Numbered from the stretch's first letter, positions 30,287 through 39,377 are shown. The stretch: 64,000 nucleotides of DNA from Mycobacterium sp. (GCA_040398865.1 JBBATG010000001.1:12201-76200); one strand, 5' to 3'. Numbers and translations are program-made. The notes: generated by a model not told the origin, from the sequence alone.

Positions 30287-31420
30287 ATGCACACCCCACT
30301 CTGCGATGAACTCGGCATTGAGTTCCCGATCTTCGCCTTTACCCACTGCCGCGACGTGGTCGTCGCGGTCAGCAGGGCCGGCGGATTCGGCGTACTCGGC
30401 GCCGTCGGCTTCACCCCCGAACAGCTCGAGATCGAGTGCGCCTGGATCGACGAGCACATCGGCGATCATCCCTATGGCGTCGACATCGTGATCCCGAACA
30501 AGTACGAGGGCATGAACGCCGACATGTCCGGTGACGAACTCGCCGAGATGCTCAAGAAGATGGTTCCCCAACAGCACCTGGACTTCGCCAAGAAGATCCT
30601 CGCCGACCACGGCGTGCCCACCGCCGACGCGGACTCCAACGCCCTGCAGCTGCTCGGCTGGACCGAGGCGACCGCGACACCCCAGGTCGAGGTCGCGTTG
30701 CAGCATCCGAAGGTCACCCTGATCGCCAACGCGCTGGGCACCCCGCCGGTGGAGATGATCAAGCACATCCACGCGGCGGGCCGCAAGGTGGCCGCGCTGT
30801 GCGGGTCGCCGGCCCAGGCCCTCAAACATGCCGAGGCCGACGTCGACATCATCATCGCCCAGGGTGGCGAAGGCGGTGGCCACTGTGGTGACGTCGGCTC
30901 GATCGTGCTGTGGCCGCAGGCGGTCAAGGCGGTGGCGCCCCGACCGGTGCTCGCCGCCGGCGGCATCGGCAGCGGTGAGCAGATCGCGGCCGCGCTGGCG
31001 CTGGGTTGCCAGGGCACCTGGTCGGGCTCGCAGTGGCTGATGGTCGAGGAGGCCCACAACACCCCCGTGCAGCAGGCCGCCTACGTCAAGGCCAGCAGCC
31101 GCGACACCGTGCGCAGCCGGTCCTTCACCGGTAAGCCGTGCCGCATGCTGCGCAACGAATGGACCCAGGCCTGGGAAACCGCGGGCAACCCCGAACCGCT
31201 GGGGATGCCGCTGCAGTACATGGTGTCCGGGATGGCCGTCGCCGCCACGAACAAATACCCCAACGAGACCGTCGATGTGGCGTTCAACCCGGTCGGTCAG
31301 GTCGTCGGCCAGTTCACCAGGGTCGAGAAGAGCGCCGCCGTGATCGAACGCTGGGTCAAGGAGTACCTCGACGCCACCGGTCGTCTCGAGCAGATCAACG
31401 AGGCCGCTGCGGCCGTATGA
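30287..31420 (+). CDS. Nitronate monooxygenase family FMN protein (Rv1894c-like)
   Basis: MHTPLCDELGIEFPIFAF, QGGEGGGH, AAGGIG, WSGSQWL. Confidence 0.9.
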   Translation: MHTPLCDELGIEFPIFAFTHCRDVVVAVSRAGGFGVLGAVGFTPEQLEIECAWIDEHIGDHPYGVDIVIPNKYEGMNADMSGDELAEMLKKMVPQQHLDFAKKILADHGVPTADADSNALQLLGWTEATATPQVEVALQHPKVTLIANALGTPPVEMIKHIHAAGRKVAALCGSPAQALKHAEADVDIIIAQGGEGGGHCGDVGSIVLWPQAVKAVAPRPVLAAGGIGSGEQIAAALALGCQGTWSGSQWLMVEEAHNTPVQQAAYVKASSRDTVRSRSFTGKPCRMLRNEWTQAWETAGNPEPLGMPLQYMVSGMAVAATNKYPNETVDVAFNPVGQVVGQFTRVEKSAAVIERWVKEYLDATGRLEQINEAAAAV

Positions 31421-31423
31421 GCC

Positions 31424-31888
31424 CTACGGCGTCTGCGGCGGGGTGACGACCCGGCCGTTCGCGCCGAAGCCCGAACGGAACACGCCTTCCTGCCAGCCCT
31501 GGGCGCCCATGCAGACCATCGGCAGTCCGTCCGGGGACTGCGCCGCGGCCTGCGAGCCGGGACACGGCGCGCCGGCGGTCTGGACGCCGTAGAGCTTCGG
31601 CGAGATCACCCAGAAACCGGTGAACGGCGGCGAGGGCGAATCCCAGCCGAGGTAGCCCTGGTTCGGGATCCAATGGCAGGCCATCGCCTGGCCGTCCGGC
31701 CCGCGGCCGAAGATGAACCGGTCCCACTGGAAGCACGGTGCGCTGAGGTAGGCCTCATAGTTGATCCCCGGAACGTCGCCGTTATAGGTAGGTTGCGGCT
31801 GCTCCCCGTCCGCGGCGGCCGACGGCGCGAACGCGAACACGCTGGCAGCCAGCGCTGCTGAGGCTGCTAGGACGAATCGGCGCACCAT
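31424..31888 (-). CDS. Secreted protein, Rv1891-like
   Basis: GDVPGINY, APC..WDRFIFGRGP, GAPCP, AAAQSPDGLPMVC. Confidence 0.85.
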   Translation of the reverse strand: MVRRFVLAASAALAASVFAFAPSAAADGEQPQPTYNGDVPGINYEAYLSAPCFQWDRFIFGRGPDGQAMACHWIPNQGYLGWDSPSPPFTGFWVISPKLYGVQTAGAPCPGSQAAAQSPDGLPMVCMGAQGWQEGVFRSGFGANGRVVTPPQTP

Positions 31889-32127
31889 TTCCACCTCGGG
31901 TCGAGTATCCGGACTCCGCTGAGCCTAACCGCTCGCCGGTCGCAGTCGAGGGTGAACCGGCCAGGAAACTCCCTTGATAGGCCGCCTGGCCGACTCGGGC
32001 ATGCGACCAAGCCGGAATCGCCGCCGGTGGCCGAGCCCGGCCGACTGATCGGCCGAAACGCCGTCGCGGCAACGCCGGATTCGCCGCGACGGGTGGTTGG
32101 CTTGGCTCACCACCACCTGCGGAGGAA

Positions 32128-32730
32128 GTGATGACCAGACACCGCGTCACCGCCGCTGTCGCGATGTGCACCGCCGCGGCGGCAGCCCTGGCTGTTCTCG
32201 GCGAAGCGGGTGCCGAACCGTCGACCACCACGTCGAGTTCGGCCCACCCCAGCGACGGGCGGGGCTACCTCGACTCGTCGGCGCGCTGTGACACCGATCA
32301 GGTCCTGATGGCGTACGGGCGTACCGCGCGCGCGCTGGTCGCGATCTGCGTCGGCAGCGATGGCGACCTGGAGTACCGCGGCGTCCGCCTCAGCGACGAG
32401 GCGTCGGTGACGCTGCCGGCCGGGCGAGGCTCCGACGGGTCGATCGTCGCCGCCAATGACGGCGTCACCTACTCGGTATCCTCGGCGGCGTTCCTGGTCT
32501 CCGAGGGCGACACCGTCCTTTACCGCGACCCGTGGGTGGAGTTCCGCGAGCCGCGCTTTGATGGCGGAGCCACGTCCACGACGGCGGCGTCCACGACGGC
32601 GGCGTCCACGACGGCGACATCCGCCACGACGACATCCGCCCCGACGACATCCGCCCCGACGATGGTCACCGCGCCGACGGTCAGCACCACGACGGTCACG
32701 CCCACCGCCACGTCGACGACGAGCGGTTGA
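32128..32730 (+). CDS. Secreted protein with a 2-Cys globular domain and Thr/Ser-rich tail
   Basis: Signal peptide; GYLDSSARC...ICVG..YRGVRLSD; C-terminal Thr/Ser/Pro repeats. Confidence 0.8.
   Translation: MMTRHRVTAAVAMCTAAAAALAVLGEAGAEPSTTTSSSAHPSDGRGYLDSSARCDTDQVLMAYGRTARALVAICVGSDGDLEYRGVRLSDEASVTLPAGRGSDGSIVAANDGVTYSVSSAAFLVSEGDTVLYRDPWVEFREPRFDGGATSTTAASTTAASTTATSATTTSAPTTSAPTMVTAPTVSTTTVTPTATSTTSG
32575..32664 (+). repeat. Six degenerate 15-bp in-frame repeats (STTAA to SAPTT)
   Basis: TCCACGACGGCGGCG x2, TCCACGACGGCGACA, TCCGCCACGACGACA, TCCGCCCCGACGACA, TCCGCCCCGACGATG. Confidence 0.9.
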
Positions 32731-32791
32731 CCGCGAGTGCCAGTTCAGCCAAGCAGCAGCGGCGGCCGGGTTTGCGGTGTAGGTATGAAGT

Positions 32792-34066
32792 ATGTCTGAT
32801 CCGGACCTGCCCCCGGGGTTCGACTTCACCGACCCCGATCTCAACGCCGAGCGTCTGCCCGTCGAGGAGCTCGCCACTCTGCGCCGCACCGCCCCGATCT
32901 GGTGGAATGCCCAACCCGTCGGGGTGGGCGGTTTCGACGACGGCGGTTACTGGGTGGTCACCAAACACAAAGACGTCAAGGAGATCTCGCGGCGCAGCGA
33001 CGTGTTCTCCAGCCTGGAGAAGACCGCCATCCCGAGGTATAAGGACGGCACCGCCGGTCAGCACATAGAACAGGGCAAGTTCGTCCTGCTCAACATGGAC
33101 GCCCCGCATCACACACATCTGCGCAAGATCATCTCTCGCGCCTTCACGCCGCGGGCTATCGAGCAGCTGCGCGAGGAACTGCGCCAGCGCGCCGATGAGA
33201 TCGTCCGGGCCGCCGTGCGCAACGGCTCCGGCGACTTCGTCGAGCAGGTCTCCTGCGAGCTGCCGTTGCAGGCGATCGCCGGGCTGATGGGTGTGCCGCA
33301 GGACGAGCGTAAAAAGCTGTTCGACTGGTCGAACCAGATGGTCGGCGATCAGGACCCGGAGTTCGAAGGCAATGACGCTCTCACCGCCTCGGTCGAGCTG
33401 ATCATGTACGGCATGGCGATGGCCGCAGACCGCGCCGCCAATCCGGGCGACGATCTCGTGACGAAGCTGGTGCAGGCCGACGTCGACGGCCACAAACTCT
33501 CCGACGACGAGTTCGGCTTCTTCGTGATCCTGCTCGCGGTGGCCGGCAACGAGACCACCCGCAATTCCATCACCCACGGCATGGTGGCCTTCACCGAATT
33601 CCCCGAGCAGTGGGAGTTGTACAAGAAACTGCGGCCCGTCACCGCCGTGGACGAGATCGTGCGCTGGGCCACGCCGGTCACCTCCTTCCAGCGAACGGCC
33701 CTGGTCGACACGGAACTGGGGGGTGTCACGATCAAGAAGGGCCAGCGGGTGGTGATGGTCTACCGGTCGGCCAATTTCGACGAAGAGGTGTTTGACGACC
33801 CGTTCGCCTTCAACGTCCTGCGTGACCCCAACCCGCATGTCGGCTTCGGCGGGACCGGCGCGCACTACTGCATCGGGGCCAACCTGGCCCGCATGACCAT
33901 CGACCTGATGTTCAACGCCATCGCGGACCACATGCCCGACCTCACCCCGGTGACGGCGCCGCAGCGGCTGCGGTCCGGCTGGCTCAACGGCATCAAGCAC
34001 TGGGATGTGGACTACACCGGCACCGGCAAATCCACTGTGGCCCATGCCGACACCATCACCGGGTGA
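32792..34066 (+). CDS. cyp125: Cytochrome P450, CYP125 family (steroid C26 monooxygenase-like)
   Basis: LPPGFDFTDPD, LLNMDAPHH, VAGNETT, EIVRW, FGGTGAHYCIG. Confidence 0.85.
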   Translation: MSDPDLPPGFDFTDPDLNAERLPVEELATLRRTAPIWWNAQPVGVGGFDDGGYWVVTKHKDVKEISRRSDVFSSLEKTAIPRYKDGTAGQHIEQGKFVLLNMDAPHHTHLRKIISRAFTPRAIEQLREELRQRADEIVRAAVRNGSGDFVEQVSCELPLQAIAGLMGVPQDERKKLFDWSNQMVGDQDPEFEGNDALTASVELIMYGMAMAADRAANPGDDLVTKLVQADVDGHKLSDDEFGFFVILLAVAGNETTRNSITHGMVAFTEFPEQWELYKKLRPVTAVDEIVRWATPVTSFQRTALVDTELGGVTIKKGQRVVMVYRSANFDEEVFDDPFAFNVLRDPNPHVGFGGTGAHYCIGANLARMTIDLMFNAIADHMPDLTPVTAPQRLRSGWLNGIKHWDVDYTGTGKSTVAHADTITG

Positions 34067-34608
34067 GTGCGAAAAGCTGGTCGCTGGACCCCAGTTGCGG
34101 TGAACTCCGCGTGCTGACAGGTGTAGCGGGTCCGGCCGCCGCAATGGGGCACCGGCTCACCATCGGCGTCCGCTCCTGGCAGGCCAGTGTCAGCTGGCGC
34201 GGCACCATGCCGACCGCCGCAGAGTTGAGTGTGGACACCGATTCGCTCACAGTGGTCAAAGGTGAGGGCGGCGTCACCCCGCTGACCCCGCCCGAGCGTG
34301 CGCTGGCCCGGTCCAATGCGCTGAAGTCCCTGGACGCGAAGAAGTACCCGCTCATCACCTTCAGCACCGAGAAGATCAGCAAGACCCCCGAGGGATACCA
34401 ACTGGCCGGCACGCTGGAGATCCACGGCACGAGTCGGCCACACACCGTCGATCTGCGCGTCGAGGATCTCGGTGACCGCTGGTCGATGACGGCCCGGGTT
34501 GCGGTGACGCAAAGCGATTTCGGCGTCAAGCCGTACTCGCTGATGATGGGAGCCTTGAAGGTGGCCGATGAGGTGATCATCGACTTCGCGGGTACCCATC
34601 CGGCATGA
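34063..34608 (+). CDS. YceI family protein (Rv1890c-like)
   Basis: GHRLTI, YPLITF, GTLEIHG, QSDFGVKPYS; GTGA overlap with the P450. Confidence 0.88.
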   Translation: MSAKSWSLDPSCGELRVLTGVAGPAAAMGHRLTIGVRSWQASVSWRGTMPTAAELSVDTDSLTVVKGEGGVTPLTPPERALARSNALKSLDAKKYPLITFSTEKISKTPEGYQLAGTLEIHGTSRPHTVDLRVEDLGDRWSMTARVAVTQSDFGVKPYSLMMGALKVADEVIIDFAGTHPA

Positions 34609-34646
34609 CGCGCGGCGCGCCCCTGGCGGCGACCCGTTCGCCGCGT

Positions 34647-35402
34647 CTAACCCTTGACGACGACCGGATCGCCGATGCCGACCTGGTTGAAGTACCAGGC
34701 CGCGTTGTCGGGACTCAGATTGATGCAGCCGTGGCTGACGTTGGCGTAGCCCTGAGAGCCGACAGACCAGGGCGCGGAGTGGATGTAGACCCCGCCCCAG
34801 GTGATTCGCACGGCATCGTTCACGGTGATCTTGTAGCCCTCCGGGTCGGTCAGCGGAATCCCGATGGTGCGGGAGTCCATCACCACGACCTTCTCCTTGC
34901 CGAGCACGGTGAACGATCCGATCGGTGTGGCGAACCTGGGCTTGCCCATTGACGCCGGCATCTGACGCATCACCACGCCGTCGATGCTCACGGTGAAGGT
35001 GTGCGCGGAGATACTTGCGACGCCCAGCACGTTGGCACCGGTCTCGAAGTTGCGTTTGACCCCACCCGCCATCAGCGAGATCTGCGAGTGCGCCGGCCAG
35101 AACCGGTCCGGCAGCCACTGCAGCACGGTGTCGCCGCGCCACTGGAACCGGCCAGTCATCGGCACCGAGGCGGTCACGAAGACGCTGCGCTCTGCGGCCC
35201 CCCGATCGCGCACCGGCTTGGTGAACGTGACGATGATCGGATGCGCGACGCCGACCCGCTGGCCGTTGACCGGCTGTACGGATGCCACGGCGGGTGACGA
35301 CATCGCGGGCGCAACGGCAGCCAGGCTGCTGGGTGCGGTGGCCGCCATCGCGACGATTGCCAATCCCGCGGCGGCGAGCGCGCGTCGAACTGCTCCTGCC
35401 AT
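34647..35402 (-). CDS. L,D-transpeptidase (Ig-like + YkuD domains)
   Basis: VGVAHPIIVTF, MPASMGKP, YIHSAPWS, SHGCINLS. Confidence 0.93.
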   Translation of the reverse strand: MAGAVRRALAAAGLAIVAMAATAPSSLAAVAPAMSSPAVASVQPVNGQRVGVAHPIIVTFTKPVRDRGAAERSVFVTASVPMTGRFQWRGDTVLQWLPDRFWPAHSQISLMAGGVKRNFETGANVLGVASISAHTFTVSIDGVVMRQMPASMGKPRFATPIGSFTVLGKEKVVVMDSRTIGIPLTDPEGYKITVNDAVRITWGGVYIHSAPWSVGSQGYANVSHGCINLSPDNAAWYFNQVGIGDPVVVKG

Positions 35403-35605
35403 GACGTCCTGTCCTCGTGTGCTGATACAGCAAAGCCCCAGTGTAATTGCTGGCCGAACATCACCGCGCACTCTGTGCCACCGACGCTCCGAGGCAAAAC
35501 TCCGACGTTGGGGTCCGGCCACGGTCTACGGCGTCGCGCCTATGAGGCGTCCTGCGAGTTCACCGACGCCGCGTTCCCGTCGCCGTAAACCACCTGTCGT
35601 CGGTG

Positions 35606-35944
35606 TTACCGAGGAGGAAGGGCGCTCACCATCGGGGTGTCCACGCCGACCGGTCCGAGATCAGCCGAGCCGCCGGGCGTGCCCAGCGGCGCGTCGCGGC
35701 CCGGGAGGACGTCGGTGAAGAAGGCCGCATTGTCGGCCCGGAACCTGCGCTCCCCCTCGGGCAGGTCGTCGTCGTAATAGATGGCGTCGGCCTCGCACAG
35801 CAGCCGGCAGGCTCCGCAGTCGACGCATTCCTCGGGATTGATGTACATGGTCCGGTCGCCCTCATAGATGCAGTCGACCGGGCATTCGGCGGCGCACGCC
35901 TTGTGCTTGACGTCCACGCATGCACTGGTGATCACATAAGCCAT
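35606..35944 (-). CDS. 7Fe ferredoxin (FdxA/FdxC type)
   Basis: YVITSACVDVKHKACAAECPVDCIYEG, CVDCGACRLLC. Confidence 0.92.
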   Translation of the reverse strand: MAYVITSACVDVKHKACAAECPVDCIYEGDRTMYINPEECVDCGACRLLCEADAIYYDDDLPEGERRFRADNAAFFTDVLPGRDAPLGTPGGSADLGPVGVDTPMVSALPPR

Positions 35945-36042
35945 GTCGGCGATTCTATCTGTTACCCGCCGTATCAGACACGCCAGAAGGCCCGCCGCGC
36001 CGGGGACCAAAGTCCCTGAAATTCAGCGTCGTGAGGTGTCGT

Positions 36043-36609
36043 TCAGCGCCGCAGCCGGTCGGTGATCTCGACGAAGCCGGTCTTGTCGGCCCGATGGTCG
36101 GTCATGTTGCGGCACTCTCCGTAGATCTGCAGCACGCCCCGGCCCGCCACGTCGGGATTGCGGTAGACCAGCGCGCTCACTCCGTCCTTGACCATGACTT
36201 TGCCGCCGGGGTGATTGTTGGGCGTGAGGCCCTCGGTCCATCCCCGTGCCCGCAACGCCGCAGTGATCGTCCGGAAGTAGGCCGGCGTCGCAGTGATCGA
36301 CGGCACGTCGAAGTCGATGTAGGCGCTGCCCTGATAGGGCGGCTCATCACTGTTCTCGCATGATTGCAGCAGGTAGGTCCCGGCGACGTTGCGCAGCCGC
36401 CCGACCGCGACGAACTGTCGTGCGGTACCGAGTACCTGTGCCATCGTCTGCTCGTCGCTGAGCGGCACCTCCGGCGATTCCACGGCCTCACCGCGCAGAT
36501 CCTTGACGTGGTGCAGCGTGATGAAGACAGCACTGAGGACGAGCGATGTCAGCAAAGCGGCCGCGGTGAGCCACAGCACCGCCCGGGAGCGCAGAAAGGT
36601 GCCGTTCAT
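36043..36609 (-). CDS. LppJ-like membrane-anchored protein
   Basis: LSDEQTMAQV, SC...PPYQG, GW.EG, GECRNMTDH; N-terminal TM helix without a lipobox Cys. Confidence 0.7.
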   Translation of the reverse strand: MNGTFLRSRAVLWLTAAALLTSLVLSAVFITLHHVKDLRGEAVESPEVPLSDEQTMAQVLGTARQFVAVGRLRNVAGTYLLQSCENSDEPPYQGSAYIDFDVPSITATPAYFRTITAALRARGWTEGLTPNNHPGGKVMVKDGVSALVYRNPDVAGRGVLQIYGECRNMTDHRADKTGFVEITDRLRR

Positions 36610-36812
36610 GGCGATGTGGGCGAATCTACACCCGCGTCGGTTCCGGCGCGGGGCGGCCTCGGCTCACCACGGCGGGGCCCCCGGTCGTGCGAGAGTCACG
36701 CGCCGCGGCCGGGATACCCGAACCCGACAACCGCGCACCGTTTTGCACTCCAGCAACGTGTCGCGGAGTGCCTAGATGCCCAAATCCAGGATTTTCGGGC
36801 ACCCTTAGGGGT

Positions 36813-37868
36813 ATGCACGCAACGCATCGCGTCTTTTTGCGGCGACTCGCCGGACTGCTGGCACCGCTGTGGCTGCTCGCCGGCCTGGTAGCGGCCCCCG
36901 CCCCGGCCGCCCCGGCCACCCTTGACCAGTCGGTTCTGCTCGGTCAGGTGGTTCCCGGACTCGTCGACATCAGCACCAACCTCAGCTATCAGGGCGCCGT
37001 CGGCGCCGGTGCCGGAATCGTGCTCAATCCCAACGGCGAGGTGCTGACCAACAACCACGTGATCGAAGGAGCGACCGAGATCACGGCGGTGAGCCTGGCG
37101 AACAGTCGCAGCTACGCCGTGGACGTCATCGGCTTCGACCGCGCCAGCGATATCGCGTTGATCCGCCTGCGGGGTGCCGAAGGCCTGCCGATGGCGGCCC
37201 TGGGCACCTCCTCCTCGCTGGCCGTCGGTGACCCGATCGCCGCTATCGGCAACTCCGACGGCGTGGGCGGCAATCCCAGCTTCGCGCCGGGGAACATCAC
37301 TCAGATCGGAGCGTCGGTGCGGGCGGCCGACGAATCCGGTGGCGGCGCGCGCCAACTCGACGACCTGATCCGGGTGGCCGCCGACATCCGCCCCGGCGAT
37401 TCCGGGGGCCCCCTGGTGAACACCGCCGGGCAGGTGGTCGGTGTGACGGTCGCTGCCACCTTGAACTACCGCATGGGTGGAGTGACCGGCGGTGAGGGGT
37501 TCGCCATTCCGATCGACCGGGCGGTGGGCATCGCCAACCAGATCCGCGCTGGGGTGCCCTCGCCGTCGATTCATCTCGGCGACAGCGCGTTCATCGGCGT
37601 CGGTATCGCCGACCCGGTGCCTTTTGCCGGCGGCCCGGCCGGGGCTGTGGTCCGGCAGGTGCTGCCCGGGACGCCGGCCGCCGGTGTCGGACTGGTCAGC
37701 GGCGACGTGATCACCGCGGTCGACGGCATCCCGGTCAACGCGGCGGCGGATTTGTCCAACATCATGGATCAACGCCGTCCCGGCAATGTCGTCACGCTGA
37801 CCTGGATCGACCGCGGCGGCATACTGCGCAGCGCGCCGCTGGTGCTCGCCAAGGGACCGGTCGGCTGA
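36813..37868 (+). CDS. Secreted trypsin-like (S1C) serine protease with PDZ domain, PepA-like
   Basis: TNNHV, SDIAL, PGDSGGPL triad; C-terminal PDZ GDVITAVDG. Confidence 0.92.
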   Translation: MHATHRVFLRRLAGLLAPLWLLAGLVAAPAPAAPATLDQSVLLGQVVPGLVDISTNLSYQGAVGAGAGIVLNPNGEVLTNNHVIEGATEITAVSLANSRSYAVDVIGFDRASDIALIRLRGAEGLPMAALGTSSSLAVGDPIAAIGNSDGVGGNPSFAPGNITQIGASVRAADESGGGARQLDDLIRVAADIRPGDSGGPLVNTAGQVVGVTVAATLNYRMGGVTGGEGFAIPIDRAVGIANQIRAGVPSPSIHLGDSAFIGVGIADPVPFAGGPAGAVVRQVLPGTPAAGVGLVSGDVITAVDGIPVNAAADLSNIMDQRRPGNVVTLTWIDRGGILRSAPLVLAKGPVG

Positions 37869-38425
37869 GCGGCCTGCGCGCCACGCTGGCCGTCCTCGTC
37901 GCACTTGCCGGCATGGCCGCCGCGGCGCCGGCCCGGGCCGATGACGGGCAGTTGTTCGGACTGGTCGACGCTGCCGCACAGCGTCTGCAGACGGCGGACC
38001 CGGTCGCGGCCAGCAAGTGGCTGGGCGGCGGGCCGATCACCGACCCCGCCCGGGTCGCGCAGGTTCTGACCGCGGTCACACAGCAGGCCGAATCCGTCGG
38101 TGTTCCCGCGGACTACGTCACCGCCGTCTTCACCGATCAGATCGACGCCACCGAGGCGATCCAATACAGCCGCTTCTCGTGGTGGAAGTTCGATCCCTCC
38201 GCGGCACCGGCCACCGCGCCGGACCTGTCGGCCTCACGCGCACTGATCGACGACCTCAACCGCCGCATGGTGGCCGAGATCGCCGAGGACTGGCCGGTTC
38301 TGCGGGCGCCGGACTGCGTCGCCGCATTGAGCACGGCCAAATCAACCGTGGCCCAACTGCGTTCGCTGGATCCGCTCTACCGGCAGGCGCTCGACGTCGC
38401 CACCCGCTCCTACTGCGGTGGCTGA
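37865..38425 (+). CDS. Secreted AroQ-gamma chorismate mutase (Rv1885c-like)
   Basis: LVDAAAQRL..ADPVAASKW, DPARV, DQIDATE.IQY, DLSASR; a full signal peptide needs the CTG start at 37865 (first ATG is 37913). Confidence 0.88.
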   Translation: MSGLRATLAVLVALAGMAAAAPARADDGQLFGLVDAAAQRLQTADPVAASKWLGGGPITDPARVAQVLTAVTQQAESVGVPADYVTAVFTDQIDATEAIQYSRFSWWKFDPSAAPATAPDLSASRALIDDLNRRMVAEIAEDWPVLRAPDCVAALSTAKSTVAQLRSLDPLYRQALDVATRSYCGG

Positions 38426-38799
38426 CCCGCCGCCAGCAGCGCGTCGATCCTGCCCAGCGCCACCGAGCACACCGCCGTGTAGGCGCCGGCCCACCAGGGG
38501 ACTTCGAATGCCACCCGGCAGCCCTGCGGCGCGTCGATGACCTCGTGCCCGGTGGCGGGCACGCCGGCGACCCGCCAGGACCATCGCCGGCCGGGCTCGA
38601 ATTCGGTGATCGTGAAGCCCATCCGCACTCCGGCGACCGTCCACACCGTGCCGCGGGCACCGGCGGTCAGCTCAGTGCCGCCGTCGTCGAGCGCCGCACG
38701 CCGGACCGACGGCCCCCATTGCGGCCAGGCCCGCACATCGGTCAACAGCTGCCACGCCGCCTCGGCCGGTGCGCTGACGTGCCGGTCGACGCGGATCAT
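38410..38799 (-). CDS. SRPBCC / polyketide cyclase 2 family protein
   Basis: AWQLLTDVRAWPQWGPSV, FEPGRRWSW. Confidence 0.8.
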   Translation of the reverse strand: MIRVDRHVSAPAEAAWQLLTDVRAWPQWGPSVRRAALDDGGTELTAGARGTVWTVAGVRMGFTITEFEPGRRWSWRVAGVPATGHEVIDAPQGCRVAFEVPWWAGAYTAVCSVALGRIDALLAAGQPPQ

Positions 38800-38918
38800 C
38801 CTCGGTCGTAGTGCTATCCCCATGACTCACCCATGAATTGCCACGCTACGGGGTCGATCACCGCCGTGCTGACTCCCGACACCCTCCACGCAGTCCGGCC
38901 CGCCTAGGATCAGCGGCT

Positions 38919-39377
38919 ATGGATGGTTCCGTGACTGTGCACATGGCGGCACCGGCCGACAAGATCTGGGATCTGGTCGCCAACATCGAGAACACCGGAC
39001 GATTCTCCCCCGAGGTCTTCGAGGCCGAATGGCTCGACGGGGCCACCGGACCGGCTCTGGGCGCGAAGTTCCGCGGCCACGTGCGGCGTAACGAGATCGG
39101 GCCGGTGTACTGGACGGTCTGCCGCGTCACCGCCTGCGAACCGGGCCGGGAATTCGGGTTCGCCGTGTTGGGACCGGGCGATCAGGCGGTCAACAACTGG
39201 CACTACCGGATGACCCCCAGCGGCGACGGCACTGACGTCACCGAATCCTTCCGGCTCAACTCCTCGCCGCTGATCAAGGTGTTCTGGATGTTCGCCGGCC
39301 CCCTTCGCGGACGGCGCAATGTCCGGGACATGCGAACCACCCTGGAGCGGATCAAGAAGGTCGTCGAAGAAAACTAG
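38919..39377 (+). CDS. SRPBCC family protein (Rv1883c-like)
   Basis: IWDLVANI..TGRFSPE, GAKFRGHV, EPGREF, DMRTTLERIK. Confidence 0.88.
   Translation: MDGSVTVHMAAPADKIWDLVANIENTGRFSPEVFEAEWLDGATGPALGAKFRGHVRRNEIGPVYWTVCRVTACEPGREFGFAVLGPGDQAVNNWHYRMTPSGDGTDVTESFRLNSSPLIKVFWMFAGPLRGRRNVRDMRTTLERIKKVVEEN

Noticed and set aside
36696-37979. Long antisense ORFs (e.g. 36696-37979, 32696-34144, 34012-35433, 42076-43563, 48096-49568, 51750-52031 extension)
   Set aside because: Shadows of well-supported genes caused by high-GC codon bias; no recognisable motifs.
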